Positions 53,594 to 62,653 of a stretch of 64,000 bases of DNA are shown one piece after another. The notes below the pieces were generated by a model. It worked only from the letters and a program-made list of their open reading frames with translations. It was not told the origin of the DNA and made no database searches. The stretch is from a virus (Duplodnaviria > Caudoviricetes). How positions within the stretch are numbered: position 1 is the first letter of the stretch; the number at the start of each line of letters is the position of its first letter. A program made the position numbers and the translations under genes. Location of the stretch: positions 10,991 to 74,990 of the IMG/VR virus record IMGVR_UViG_3300027914_001438. One strand, written 5' to 3'.

Positions 53594-54946
53594 TTACTCC
53601 TTTTCTTTTTCTGTTAGTAGTTTCACCAAATCAAACTCATCATTCTGCAAGGCGCTCAGATTTCCAATCTTGCGGTTGAGAATCTTGAACACCTGTTTCT
53701 CCACGGCCACTCCGTCAATCAATACTATTCGATTCACGCTCTTGGTCTTACTGTCTGCCCGATGGATTCGGCCAAGCAGTTGCACCAGACTCACGGTGTC
53801 GAGCGGCAGGTTGTGGTATGCCAGCCGGGGATGTCCTCCCAACTCGTCACCGAGGCTTAATCCGACTCCGCCGGCCTGAATTGTAAGTAGCAGCAGCCTG
53901 GTCTTGTTGGTCTGGAACTTCGCTTTCTCGGCTTCCCGTTCGGTGTCTTTCTGCTGTCGTCCATCCCGGTCAGATCCATAGATCATCGCGGGATTGTGTT
54001 GCTTCATCATATTCTTGAACGTGAACAGCGAGTCCGTGAAGTTAAATGAAGCCACAACAGAGTAGCCTTCTGCCAGTCCATCTTCCACGAGTTCTTTAAA
54101 CACCTGCAGCTTTTCCATTTCTATGCGCTGTCGCCACCGGAGCAGCCGGACAAGCTCCGACTTTGCTGCGTCCGGATTTTTCAACTCGTCACGCATCATC
54201 GAATAAGCTGCCTCAATCTCTTTACGGGCTTTCTCACTCGGTGTCACCAAGTCCACGATATTCAGGACCTCGGGAAATTCCGGGATGTCCTCGCTTCTCA
54301 ACCGCACACCAAATTCGGGGAAGAACATCGCGTTCAAGTCTTCCATTGCTTTCGTGCCGAGTCGACCGCGCGGAGGCCTCCACGGATGTCCGTTTATATT
54401 CTCATCACGATAGCAGCCAACAGACTTTGCCCATGAGAAGAAGCTGTTCCAGGGCAACAATTTAGATTGATGCAGCAGGAAGCGTACTTTCAGCGGGCTG
54501 TCGGCTAGCGTTGCAGTAAGACACAGCGCGGTCACATTCTTGTTCGATAGATTCGCGGCCATGTATGCCAGCTGCGAATCAAAACCTCCGAAGCGGTGCG
54601 CCTCATCAAGCACGACCACATCGTCGTCCTCAAGCCCGTGCCACACCCAGTTCATTTGACTTCGTTTCTCCAGCAGGTGCGCCTGTCCACCCGTACGAAG
54701 CTTCTCTGGATTGATTATAAAGCGCGGGGTAATACCCAGCTTTACTGCGGTGTCTTTCCATTGTCCGAGAGTTATCTTTGGGCATATAATTGCGCACTGT
54801 TTACCGGCACGTTTTATAAGCTCCAACGACATCACTGTCTTGCCATAACCTGTGCTGGCGTTTACTATGCAGAGGCGTTTATCCGGATCGTTTAATATTT
54901 TCAGCAGCGGATCCATCGGCCGCTCTTGATAGCTGTACAGATTCAT
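53594..54946 (-). CDS. Superfamily 2 (DEAH-box) helicase
   Basis: TGYGKT, LDEAH, TAT, GGVGLSL and QLLGRIHR motifs. Confidence 0.9.
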   Translation of the reverse strand: MNLYSYQERPMDPLLKILNDPDKRLCIVNASTGYGKTVMSLELIKRAGKQCAIICPKITLGQWKDTAVKLGITPRFIINPEKLRTGGQAHLLEKRSQMNWVWHGLEDDDVVVLDEAHRFGGFDSQLAYMAANLSNKNVTALCLTATLADSPLKVRFLLHQSKLLPWNSFFSWAKSVGCYRDENINGHPWRPPRGRLGTKAMEDLNAMFFPEFGVRLRSEDIPEFPEVLNIVDLVTPSEKARKEIEAAYSMMRDELKNPDAAKSELVRLLRWRQRIEMEKLQVFKELVEDGLAEGYSVVASFNFTDSLFTFKNMMKQHNPAMIYGSDRDGRQQKDTEREAEKAKFQTNKTRLLLLTIQAGGVGLSLGDELGGHPRLAYHNLPLDTVSLVQLLGRIHRADSKTKSVNRIVLIDGVAVEKQVFKILNRKIGNLSALQNDEFDLVKLLTEKEKE

Positions 54947-55241
54947 CTTGCTCCTTGGTGTTCTTGTGCTCTTCTGAGTTCTCGAGTTCTTTTAACAAAT
55001 AAAATTCTTCCGGTAGTTCCGGCAGATCACGAATAAGTCTTTCTCTCGTTATTTCTGCGCACGGAATGTGGGCCCCCGGGTAGGTTATGTCCCACATCAA
55101 TTGGAAGCTTGGAGTGTCGACAAACACCCTGTCTTCTACAGCCTCTTTTGTCCATATTCTGGTATTCCTCACAGAGTTCAGTGTCTCCGTGACCTGTGTC
55201 AGATGTTCTCTAAGATGTTCTACCAGAAATTCTCTCAACAT
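54879..55241 (-). CDS. Hypothetical protein
   Basis: AGGAG SD before MLREF. Confidence 0.5.
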   Translation of the reverse strand: MLREFLVEHLREHLTQVTETLNSVRNTRIWTKEAVEDRVFVDTPSFQLMWDITYPGAHIPCAEITRERLIRDLPELPEEFYLLKELENSEEHKNTKEQDESVQLSRAADGSAAENIKRSG

Positions 55242-55300
55242 ATTCGATCTCCTCGCACCCAAGTGACCGTTGTTACACGGTCACTTGGGTGCTTGGTTGC

Positions 55301-56299
55301 TTAGTCGTTGAATTCGTATCCGCATCCGGCGCAGAATTGCGCGTACTCTTCCGACCCGGGACAGCTTTCGTCCCGCTCACGTCCACAGTTCGGACAGCTA
55401 TCGAAAGTCTCTTCCTCCTCCGGCTCCGGCAGCTTCAATCCGCAGCCGCGACAATACGCGTCGCCCAGTTCGAAGATCGTGCCGCACGCCGGGCATTCTG
55501 GCCCGTCGCTCGAGAGTTCGAACTCTTCCTCGGGATCATCGCCCTGCAGACCGGCTCCGTAGTAGGCCTTCATCTGGCGCTCGTTGGGCACTTCCTTAAG
55601 CACCCAGTAACGACAGACGCGAACCTTGCCCTGACTGCAATCGTGAGGGACGCAGACCAGATCTTTCGGGTCCACTTTCACCAGGACCATACGAGAACCG
55701 AAGGTGCTCGCATATTCGTGGCCTCCGAAATGGAAGCCTTCAGAACAGGCCATGTTGGGGTCGTCGTTCACGTGGTTTCTCGGCATCTCGTGGTATGATC
55801 CCGGCGAGTTGTCGAAGGTGCCGGTGTAACAATCTTTCAGGTCATTACTCACACCCTTGTAACCGATCACATAGCCCTCGTCGTCGATTACCAGACCCTG
55901 CTGTTCGATGAACCCGTAGAAAGTTTCCACCGAGCGCTTGCTGGGATTCTCAAGCAGGCGCGACAGGAACTTTGTGAAGGCTTCCGCGGGGAAATCGTTG
56001 TCCGCGTATTCCATCAGCCGGTCCACTAATGGCTGGGGAATCTGGTACGTGGGCTTTTTCACCCAGTATACCCGGTTGTTGTCAATCAGAAATTCCCCGC
56101 AGCTCCAAGCGCGGATGAACTTCCTGCCGTCCATGAGGTTCTTCAGCTCCTCTTCGTCAGCTCCAGATTTAATGGCCTCCAGAACCTTGCCGTAGCGCGG
56201 AGAACTTGCGAACACAGCCTTTGTGGTGCCGTCGTTAAATACGGCGGACACCACGTTCGGTGTTGTTAGCGTCGAATACTTATTTTTACTCATCTGCAT
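55301..56299 (-). CDS. rIIB: RIIB-like protein with C-terminal double Zn ribbon
   Basis: FL..LLENPS..SVE.FY.F, IDDEG.VIGYKGV, C..G.HFG and VKVDPKD.V.VP motifs; CPAC/CRGC/CPNC/CAGC tail. Confidence 0.85.
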   Translation of the reverse strand: MQMSKNKYSTLTTPNVVSAVFNDGTTKAVFASSPRYGKVLEAIKSGADEEELKNLMDGRKFIRAWSCGEFLIDNNRVYWVKKPTYQIPQPLVDRLMEYADNDFPAEAFTKFLSRLLENPSKRSVETFYGFIEQQGLVIDDEGYVIGYKGVSNDLKDCYTGTFDNSPGSYHEMPRNHVNDDPNMACSEGFHFGGHEYASTFGSRMVLVKVDPKDLVCVPHDCSQGKVRVCRYWVLKEVPNERQMKAYYGAGLQGDDPEEEFELSSDGPECPACGTIFELGDAYCRGCGLKLPEPEEEETFDSCPNCGRERDESCPGSEEYAQFCAGCGYEFND

Positions 56300-56322
56300 A
56301 CTCCTTTCTTATTGTTGTTTGT

Positions 56323-56351
56323 ATGCTCTCACTCTTTCACTAAAATGTCAA
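56323..56351 (-). promoter_or_regulatory. Possible promoter upstream of rIIB
   Basis: TTGACA-17 bp-GAGCAT. Confidence 0.35.
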
Positions 56352-56365
56352 CTATAAAATGTGCC

Positions 56366-56392
56366 GGTCGGGTAGTTTTTTTCTACCCGACC
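56366..56392. terminator. Hairpin between rIIA and rIIB
   Basis: GGTCGGGTAG-T7-CTACCCGACC perfect 10-bp stem. Confidence 0.55.
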
Positions 56393-56412
56393 AGCGCTCC
56401 CTCCCCAACAGG

Positions 56413-58959
56413 CTAGGATATTATATCGTCCGCCATCTCCGCGAACCTACTCGAGCTGAACGCGTCCTCGTTTCCGGCCTCTATTATATTGTAGGTCATT
56501 CCGTTATTTGCACTAATTGCCAAGCGCTTCTGCTTCTCGGAAACAACCGTCCAAAATAATTTCGTAAGTTTCACCAGTTGTGTGTCTTCTTTAAGCCAAC
56601 GCGTAAACCACTCTAATGGGACTTGCAGATATTTTATTTTGAAGCCAAACACTTCTTCAACGTTTGTTCTCGATAGTCTACCTCGGCGCACTCTCCCGGT
56701 TAAGTCAGCGTCTAACACCGGCTCAAACTGTACCCACAGGTTTGTATTTTGTTCCGCGTTCTGCTTCAAATGCTTATACACGGCATACATTCGGTCTGTG
56801 GGCGGGGCGTCGACTATCGTCAGGAACTTGTTCAACCTTGAACTGCTTTTCCGCACGTTTTCGGACATCTTATTGAAATACTCAAACAGCGCGGGCGTCT
56901 TAACTTCAAACAATACCCGGTAAAAGCAGAACGGAAGCCAGTGTTTTTCCTCAACAGTCATTGTCTCATAGAAATCTTCCGCCGCTGCAGCCAGCATATC
57001 CTTCAGGAGCACGTGCTCTCGCTTGATATTCTTGGCCTCGGCGGGGCGAAGTTCTACGGTTTCAATGCCCTCGGAAATACCAGATCTTTCGAAAAACTGC
57101 AGCCAATGTATGAAGTCGGACGGGCTTTTACACCAACCCCCGCCGGCTGCAGCCGGTAACCCAAAAGAATTGTTGCTGGTATACTTGTCTCTGCATACTT
57201 CAAGATAAGCAAATGGCACTCCTGCTGGGAGTCCGTATCTATCTTTTGACCCATCAGAAGTAACAAATTTACGCGTATGCCGCTGCTTCGGCCCGCCGCT
57301 CCACCGAGCATTTTCTTCTTCGTCCTGCTCGTTCAGTTTATAAGGATTCCAGTCCGAAGGCTCAAAGTCCTTACAGTATTCTTCGAAGTCCACCGCTTTT
57401 ACATTCGGAGCATTCTTCAACGGGTGGTCATCCGGCAGCGGAGCTGCGAGAACCAGGGCGTTGATGCGAAGAATTCTGAAATTGTTGTACGAATCTTTTT
57501 TATACTCCGTAGTCAACTCCAGCATCGCCTGCTTAAACCGAATGTCGCGAGCAAGTTTACCGCTCCAATTGACCGTCCCGTTTTCTTCTGGTTCCATGCT
57601 CCAAACAACTAAAGTCATCTCGCTGTTGACTGGGAACGGGAACTTTACTCCAAGTTCAGGCTTGTAAGGATCGATGGGGGCCAAGCCACAAGTGGACATA
57701 CGATAATAATGGCCGCTTGATCTGCGACGGTGCACCTGCTCAACTGACACGACTGAAGCGCAGCATTCTTCGGGTATCTTCGGTTCGATCACCGCCAGCG
57801 GAGTATCTTTTCCACCGTAATAAGAAAAAGACAGCTGAACTTTCAAGTGCTTGCTCATTTTGTTCAGCTCTCTCATTACCAACTCTTTACAATCGGCCAT
57901 TTTCTTATTTCGCTGCGTAGCAGAAGAACGCCAGTAAGCCAGCACCGCTGACTCACTGCCAAGCTGAAGGCCTTTTTCCTCCAGTTCCCGGATACCCTCG
58001 GCGAAATACTTTCTGCACGCATTATTCAGAAAGGCGGCATTCAGTTTCGTTACAGCCACAACTTCGCGACTCGGAGGAAATGCCAGCCCCGCAGCGGCCG
58101 GCACATCGATCACCATCGTGGTGTTCTTGCCGTAATAATACCGCTTGTTTCCCGCCGCCTCATGCGACTCAAGAAATTCGGAGAATATTTGCAGTTCTGG
58201 AAAACGCTCGAAACTTGCTGACATTGGAAGCCCGTTTAACAAGACCAATGCACCCGGAAGAACTTCTGTCACTCCATCTATGAGCTTGAAAACAACCTCG
58301 TGCTCACCCACCCTGGTCTTTTTCTCAACTGATATGGTGAATGGGACGACGTCGCATCCATTTACAACCAGTCGCTCGGCCACTACCTTACTGAAGCGGA
58401 ACACTTCGAGCGCTTCGTGTATCTGCGGCCACATATCTTCCGGTACGGGTACGCTGACCAGCATACCGTCTTCTTCTCCTGGGCAGGAGGTGACGTCACT
58501 GACGCTATACGCAAGAGTTCCGTCGTCCTGTTTATAGATATGCAAACTGACCTTTTTACCGTTTTGGAATGACGTCATGGTCATACTGTCCGCTATACTC
58601 ATCGGGGCTACGCTGCCGATTCCGAGAGCTCCGGCCTTTGTCTCATCGCCTCTCTTGTCACTGGCTCCGATGCGTCCTATAAAGGTATTAAATCCTTCCA
58701 CGTCCATGCCGGCGCCAGTGTCCCGCACCGTTAACACGGGGTTGGATTTTGTCGGTGTTTCTATACGAACTTTGCCTTTCAGATTTGCATCTAATGCATT
58801 TTGTACCATTTCGCGAATACTTGACCAAACTGGTCTGGTGTATGCGTACGCCAAGAGCGAAATGATGTGGTCGCTCGCTTCCGGTGCGATGGTGAACTTT
58901 TGTTGGTGCAGATTTTTACTCTGCTCCACCCGGCTCACGGCTTGTTTAATTATTGCCAT
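56413..58959 (-). CDS. rIIA: RIIA-like protein (GHKL/HATPase N-terminus)
   Basis: IREMVQNALDA, VRDTGAGM and GALGIGS motifs; adjacent to rIIB. Confidence 0.85.
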   Translation of the reverse strand: MAIIKQAVSRVEQSKNLHQQKFTIAPEASDHIISLLAYAYTRPVWSSIREMVQNALDANLKGKVRIETPTKSNPVLTVRDTGAGMDVEGFNTFIGRIGASDKRGDETKAGALGIGSVAPMSIADSMTMTSFQNGKKVSLHIYKQDDGTLAYSVSDVTSCPGEEDGMLVSVPVPEDMWPQIHEALEVFRFSKVVAERLVVNGCDVVPFTISVEKKTRVGEHEVVFKLIDGVTEVLPGALVLLNGLPMSASFERFPELQIFSEFLESHEAAGNKRYYYGKNTTMVIDVPAAAGLAFPPSREVVAVTKLNAAFLNNACRKYFAEGIRELEEKGLQLGSESAVLAYWRSSATQRNKKMADCKELVMRELNKMSKHLKVQLSFSYYGGKDTPLAVIEPKIPEECCASVVSVEQVHRRRSSGHYYRMSTCGLAPIDPYKPELGVKFPFPVNSEMTLVVWSMEPEENGTVNWSGKLARDIRFKQAMLELTTEYKKDSYNNFRILRINALVLAAPLPDDHPLKNAPNVKAVDFEEYCKDFEPSDWNPYKLNEQDEEENARWSGGPKQRHTRKFVTSDGSKDRYGLPAGVPFAYLEVCRDKYTSNNSFGLPAAAGGGWCKSPSDFIHWLQFFERSGISEGIETVELRPAEAKNIKREHVLLKDMLAAAAEDFYETMTVEEKHWLPFCFYRVLFEVKTPALFEYFNKMSENVRKSSSRLNKFLTIVDAPPTDRMYAVYKHLKQNAEQNTNLWVQFEPVLDADLTGRVRRGRLSRTNVEEVFGFKIKYLQVPLEWFTRWLKEDTQLVKLTKLFWTVVSEKQKRLAISANNGMTYNIIEAGNEDAFSSSRFAEMADDIIS

Positions 58960-59050
58960 TTGTTTCTCCTCGTTTTGGTTATTATTTTGTTTCGAACACT
59001 ATGAAAATTGGGGCCGGACTCTCAACCGGCCTCGAGATTTTAGGGAGAAG

Positions 59051-59419
59051 TTACTCTCCGAAGGCGACGCTGAGGGCCGCGTCTTCAATGATGGTTTCCG
59101 GGTCATGCCCGTCGAAGAAAATGCTGTCGATTACCAGCTGGTTGAAGATCTGTTCTTCCAATTCATTCGCGGGGACCGCGTTATCGGGAACCTTTTTCGC
59201 GAGTTTCTTGGTTACCTTGTTCTGAAGTTTTTCGATTTTCTTGCGCTGGCTTTGCATCCATACTTCATTGTTGGCGAGTTGCTCCTCGATGTCAAATATT
59301 TCAGTCATAATCTTACTGATCGCGGGGCTTCGCAATTGATCAGCTAGATCCTGCTGTCTTATTTCGATTGCCCGCCGAGCCGCTTCTTTCGCCATTGCTT
59401 TAATCTGATATTTCTTCAT
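59051..59419 (-). CDS. Hypothetical coiled-coil protein (122 aa)
   Basis: ORF in operon. Confidence 0.6.
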   Translation of the reverse strand: MKKYQIKAMAKEAARRAIEIRQQDLADQLRSPAISKIMTEIFDIEEQLANNEVWMQSQRKKIEKLQNKVTKKLAKKVPDNAVPANELEEQIFNQLVIDSIFFDGHDPETIIEDAALSVAFGE

Positions 59420-59852
59420 CTTCGATTTCTCCCGTTTCTTTGGTTTCTTTTTTCGCCATCTCTTCGATGGCTTTAATCAATCCCATTTTCTCGGCCGCCT
59501 TGATGTCCAAGAACATAAAACGACGTCGGATAGCCCAATCTGCGCTGCTCCCGAAAAATCGGGTAACCGCTTCGTCCGTAAGCACAGTGAAATGTCCCGT
59601 GCGGTGAGGGTTCGGGAGCGATGACTTGTTCCATCCCGGCTCGGATTTCTCATCATCCACAACGATGACGATAATTCCTTGTTTCATGTACTCCTGGCAT
59701 TTTTGGCACGGCTCCATGTCAACCACTTTTCCGTGAGCCGCTTTCACTTTGTTTGCAATTCTTTCGGAAAACACTTTATTCAGAAGTATTCTGTCGTCTT
59801 CTCCGCAGAAATAGCATTTGGTTAATGCCACTCCGAATGTTTTTTCATTCAC
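59400..59852 (-). CDS. Hypothetical Zn-binding protein
   Basis: CYFC...CQKC; GTG start after an AAAGGAG SD. Confidence 0.6.
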   Translation of the reverse strand: MNEKTFGVALTKCYFCGEDDRILLNKVFSERIANKVKAAHGKVVDMEPCQKCQEYMKQGIIVIVVDDEKSEPGWNKSSLPNPHRTGHFTVLTDEAVTRFFGSSADWAIRRRFMFLDIKAAEKMGLIKAIEEMAKKETKETGEIEDEEISD

Positions 59853-59881
59853 TTTTAACTCCTTTCGTTGTTGAATCAGAC

Positions 59882-59942
59882 CCCGAACAACCACGTTCAG
59901 GGTACGTCGCTTCGCTCCGCCCCCTGACGCGGGGCGTTCGGC
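59882..59942 (+). other. attC-like site A (61 bp)
   Basis: CCCGAAC-AACCA-CGTTCAGG...CCTGACG-CGGGGC-GTTCGGC. Confidence 0.85.
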
Positions 59943-60208
59943 TTATGAATATCCGTCGTCCACTCGTAGCCGCAGGTTCGGCAGTGGTGCGTCAGGCACT
60001 CGCGTCGCGCCTTGCAGTTGTACGTGTCATAGACGACGTGTGCCGTTTCCCATCGGCGGTAGTCGCCCATCGTCTTGTCCCACTCGTCGCCTTGACGGTG
60101 GTGGCGGCGGTAGATGTCGGCCCCTCCGCACTTCTCGCAGGAAGCCGAACAAGGCGGTGCAGCACTACGGCTGGCCCGCGCGTTGGTTGTGTTGACGGTA
60201 TTCTTCAT
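59897..60208 (-). CDS. Cassette Zn-ribbon protein (103 aa)
   Basis: CEKC...CRTC; starts inside attC B and stops inside attC A. Confidence 0.7.
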   Translation of the reverse strand: MKNTVNTTNARASRSAAPPCSASCEKCGGADIYRRHHRQGDEWDKTMGDYRRWETAHVVYDTYNCKARRECLTHHCRTCGYEWTTDIHKPNAPRQGAERSDVP

Positions 60209-60262
60209 GGTCTATCCTCCTTGGTTGTTTCGTCTAGCCGGGGCTGACCGTTGGCGTTGGAA
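60144..60262 (+). other. attC-like site B (119 bp)
   Basis: GCCGAAC-AAGGC-GGTGCAGC...GCTGACC-GTTGGC-GTTGGAA; R'' complements R' of A. Confidence 0.85.
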
Positions 60263-60375
60263 ACGACAGGATCAAGCGTCTCATCCGGGTAGCCCGTTCT
60301 GACCGGGGGCGCAAACATGCAGGGGCACGTCGGGTAGACCTCTGCATGAGTTATTGTCATCCTGTGCGTTTCCAT
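60205..60375 (-). CDS. Putative cassette micro-protein (56 aa, METHR...)
   Basis: Manually found; crosses R' of B as Asn and has an ATGA overlap with the next gene. Confidence 0.4.
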   Translation of the reverse strand: METHRMTITHAEVYPTCPCMFAPPVRTGYPDETLDPVVSNANGQPRLDETTKEDRP

Positions 60376-60547
60376 AATTCAGTTTCCAACATGTGCGTTC
60401 TCCGGACGCTCCGCGCCGGAGACGCGAGCGTTGGCGGTATGCGTGTTTGAACTTGCAGGATGCGCAACGCCGTTCCCCCTGCCGTGACCACTGAGGACCG
60501 AAAATAGGCATATCGTCGTGATAACCGTTTGTCCCACAGTGCATCAC
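60281..60547 (-). CDS. Cassette Cys-containing protein (88 aa)
   Basis: AAGGGG SD, CASC motif; reads through attC C out of the Asn frame. Confidence 0.5.
   Translation of the reverse strand: MMHCGTNGYHDDMPIFGPQWSRQGERRCASCKFKHAYRQRSRLRRGASGERTCWKLNYGNAQDDNNSCRGLPDVPLHVCAPGQNGLPG
60384..60436 (+). other. attC-like site C (53 bp, 5-nt second spacer)
   Basis: TTCCAAC-ATGTG-CGTTCTCC...GGAGACG-CGAGC-GTTGGCG; R'' complements R' of B. Confidence 0.75.
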
Positions 60548-60828
60548 CCCCTTTCTGCGGGGAGGTCCCCGCCAACAAAATCTTGGAGCGTACCGTCGCT
60601 CCGCGCCGTCCGCTCAAAATCGGCGTTGGAAATACGATGCTCACGGCGCAGCTTGCGGCACAGCAATCGGATTTCCTTGCACTTATCCACACGGCCGCGC
60701 GCTTCGGACCTTGCTCCCTCCATGACCGGACCTTTGTCGCCCCGCCAGCGAGGCGCATAGCCTTTCAGAGCGTCCATGTCTTCCCGACACTCGCGTTCGA
60801 TCCGTCTCAACACTTGTTCAACTGTCAT
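60544..60828 (-). CDS. Cassette protein (94 aa)
   Basis: AGGAG SD; reads through attC D. Confidence 0.65.
   Translation of the reverse strand: MTVEQVLRRIERECREDMDALKGYAPRWRGDKGPVMEGARSEARGRVDKCKEIRLLCRKLRREHRISNADFERTARSDGTLQDFVGGDLPAERG
60570..60631 (+). other. attC-like site D (62 bp)
   Basis: CGCCAAC-AAAAT-CTTGGAGC...GCTCAAA-ATCGGC-GTTGGAA; R'' complements R' of C. Confidence 0.85.
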
Positions 60829-60849
60829 AGCGTTTCTCCTGATTCAGAT

Positions 60850-60922
60850 TTCCAACAATCCCATGCACCGCTATCGTGGTTCCGCTCCGCTACACCCCGA
60901 AGGGTGATGGGGAGCGTTCAAC
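60850..60922 (+). other. attC-like site E (73 bp)
   Basis: TTCCAAC-AATCC-CATGCACC...GGTGATG-GGGAGC-GTTCAAC; R'' complements R' of D. Confidence 0.85.
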
Positions 60923-61068
60923 CTAGCGCGGCGTTTCGCGGCAGTCGCCTTGCCGCCCATCCTGCCAGCGGCTACGGCCTGCTCATGGGTACGGGCCTTT
61001 GACTTGCCACGCCCAGCCTTGCCGCCTTTGCGCCCGATCTCTGACAGGTATGCTTTGACCTCGTTCAT
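60871..61068 (-). CDS. KGG-repeat small basic protein
   Basis: EIGRKGGKAG...AAGRMGGKA repeats; stops in attC E. Confidence 0.65.
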   Translation of the reverse strand: MNEVKAYLSEIGRKGGKAGRGKSKARTHEQAVAAGRMGGKATAAKRRARLNAPHHPSGCSGAEPR

Positions 61069-61373
61069 AGGTCAACACCGCAGGCGTATGCCGTGTCCTC
61101 TGACATCGGTTCAAATCCGTATTGCAAGTCTTCAATCAACTGCGCTATGGCCTCGCTTCTTCCGTTCGGGTCATCGAAGTAGTAAGGCGCACAGCATGAC
61201 GTTCCGTTGCTGGCACGGAACTGCAATCTCAATGACTGGTCAATGGTGATTGTGATTATGCCTTGATTGCAACATTCATGCGGGCGCGTTTCGTCAATCT
61301 CAATGTCTGGCTGCCCGCATTTAATGATTGCCGCTTTTAGTGTTGCCAGTGTTTTCATATTCTTCCTCTTCAT
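61065..61373 (-). CDS. Hypothetical protein (102 aa)
   Basis: Coupled ORF. Confidence 0.6.
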   Translation of the reverse strand: MKRKNMKTLATLKAAIIKCGQPDIEIDETRPHECCNQGIITITIDQSLRLQFRASNGTSCCAPYYFDDPNGRSEAIAQLIEDLQYGFEPMSEDTAYACGVDL

Positions 61374-61579
61374 TCTTCAATCTCGGCAAGGGCGGCTTTC
61401 GCCATATCCCTGCAATCAATTCCATCTGCTCCGTGGTCAATAATGTTTTTCAGCGCATTTACGGCCAGCGCAAGCTCGCGCTCAAGTTGGCGGGCGAAGT
61501 CGGCAGAAACGGCTGATTGTCCGTATGCCCCCTTCGGGAACACCTGTTTATCCGTTCTCGGTGTTTTAGTTTCGCTCAT
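61370..61579 (-). CDS. Common phage small protein (TPRTD...FARQLEREL type)
   Basis: TPRTD and VSADFARQLEREL motifs. Confidence 0.7.
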   Translation of the reverse strand: MSETKTPRTDKQVFPKGAYGQSAVSADFARQLERELALAVNALKNIIDHGADGIDCRDMAKAALAEIEE

Positions 61580-61580
61580 T

Positions 61581-61847
61581 TCACTCCTTTTCCGTTGTTC
61601 GCGTGATAGGCGGACTTTTTACGTCTATTGCGCTGTTCGGTGGAGTCCAGCCAAGCGCAATCAATGCCTCTCGAATACCTTTCTCGCTTGTGTCCATAAC
61701 CCAGCGAGATATTTCGCGCTCGCTCTGCCCAATAGCCGAAAGCTCCTGCACAATCTTTCCGTCGCTGTGCGGGGTAACAGTTAATCTTAACCCGACCGAA
61801 CCATTCGGTTGAGTTCTACCCTTGCCTCGTTTTGCGTTATTGCTCAT
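61581..61847 (-). CDS. Cassette protein (88 aa; LIALGWTPP motif)
   Basis: Start MSNNA inside attC G after an AAAGGA SD. Confidence 0.65.
   Translation of the reverse strand: MSNNAKRGKGRTQPNGSVGLRLTVTPHSDGKIVQELSAIGQSEREISRWVMDTSEKGIREALIALGWTPPNSAIDVKSPPITRTTEKE
61594..61641 (+). other. Degenerate attC-like site F
   Basis: GTTGTTC (GTTGAAC expected from E)-GCGTG-ATAGGCG...CGTCTAT-TGCGCT-GTTCGGT. Confidence 0.5.
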
Positions 61848-61894
61848 CTGATCCTTTCTGCTCGGCGGCGGGAGACTCACCGCTGGCGTTCTGC
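61795..61894 (+). other. attC-like site G (100 bp)
   Basis: ACCGAAC-CATTC-GGTTGAGT...ACTCACC-GCTGGC-GTTCTGC; R'' complements R' of F. Confidence 0.85.
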
Positions 61895-62091
61895 CTGTGG
61901 TTCCACATCTCCAACGCTCCGTGCGAACGACCGGACTCCGTGCTGGCGCGGGACGGCATCCAGACTCCGCACCCGTTGCACAGTACCCCGGAGTCGTAGG
62001 GTTTGTGCTCTACCGCCTCGCCGGTTGCCCCGCAGAAGGGGCAAGGCAGAACAACGGCCTCGACGCGACCGCGTATTGCGCGTTTTGTCAT
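61837..62091 (-). CDS. Lar-like (restriction alleviation) Zn-ribbon cassette protein
   Basis: LPCPFCG...V.CNGCG...A...WN.R pattern. Confidence 0.65.
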   Translation of the reverse strand: MTKRAIRGRVEAVVLPCPFCGATGEAVEHKPYDSGVLCNGCGVWMPSRASTESGRSHGALEMWNHRQNASGESPAAEQKGSDEQ

Positions 62092-62133
62092 GGCGATCCT
62101 TCCTCGCCCGGCGCGTCAGGCCGGACGTTCGCA
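62046..62133 (+). other. attC-like site H (88 bp)
   Basis: GCAGAAC-AACGG-CCTCGACG...CGTCAGG-CCGGAC-GTTCGCA; R'' complements R' of G. Confidence 0.85.
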
Positions 62134-62324
62134 TAGTGTTCTTCTATCGTTAGGTCGTGTAGCATTTGTTCAAGTTGCCTGCGTCTTGACGTGGCCGCAA
62201 ACCACCTGTCGTTGGTTACTCCGACCGGACACGCCAGTATCCGCAATTCATTTTGTCGCATCGCCTTCATCAGACGAGCAAACACGGCGTCGCTGGGATA
62301 CCGCTTGCGAACAAGAGCATTCAT
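62088..62324 (-). CDS. Cassette protein (78 aa)
   Basis: Start codon lies in L'' of attC I; stop lies in attC H. Confidence 0.6.
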   Translation of the reverse strand: MNALVRKRYPSDAVFARLMKAMRQNELRILACPVGVTNDRWFAATSRRRQLEQMLHDLTIEEHYANVRPDAPGEEGSP

Positions 62325-62375
62325 GCTACGTCCTTTCGCTTCGCTTCAGGCCGAGGGTGATGCTCGGCGTTCGAT
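62306..62375 (+). other. attC-like site I (70 bp)
   Basis: TGCGAAC-AAGAG-CATTCATG...GGTGATG-CTCGGC-GTTCGAT; R'' complements R' of H. Confidence 0.8.
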
Positions 62376-62653
62376 TGCTGGCAATATGTTGGCTTTTTAT
62401 ATGGCCGAATCCGGTACGGGAATACGCCGCGCAACAGGATCGGGCCTAGAAATACTTTCCACTCGATGATATTTGCCAAATACTTCCAGTCCTCGCTGAC
62501 CGCGCTCATTCCGGCTGGCCCCATCGCAATTCCGACCCCCCATACCGAATGAATGTGAATCCTGAAATGGAAGAATCGAACCATGCGCTGGAGTTTACCG
62601 GCGAGGGCCGGTGCTTTGCTTTTTGTCGTCGGTTTGTTAGCGTTCTTTTTCAT
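62321..62653 (-). CDS. Cassette protein (110 aa)
   Basis: Starts inside attC J and stops inside attC I. Confidence 0.6.
   Translation of the reverse strand: MKKNANKPTTKSKAPALAGKLQRMVRFFHFRIHIHSVWGVGIAMGPAGMSAVSEDWKYLANIIEWKVFLGPILLRGVFPYRIRPYKKPTYCQQSNAEHHPRPEAKRKDVA

Noticed and set aside
59628-59637. GTTCGGG as a further attC R' matching site A
   Set aside because: It lies mid-gene with no L box or hairpin; a chance match.
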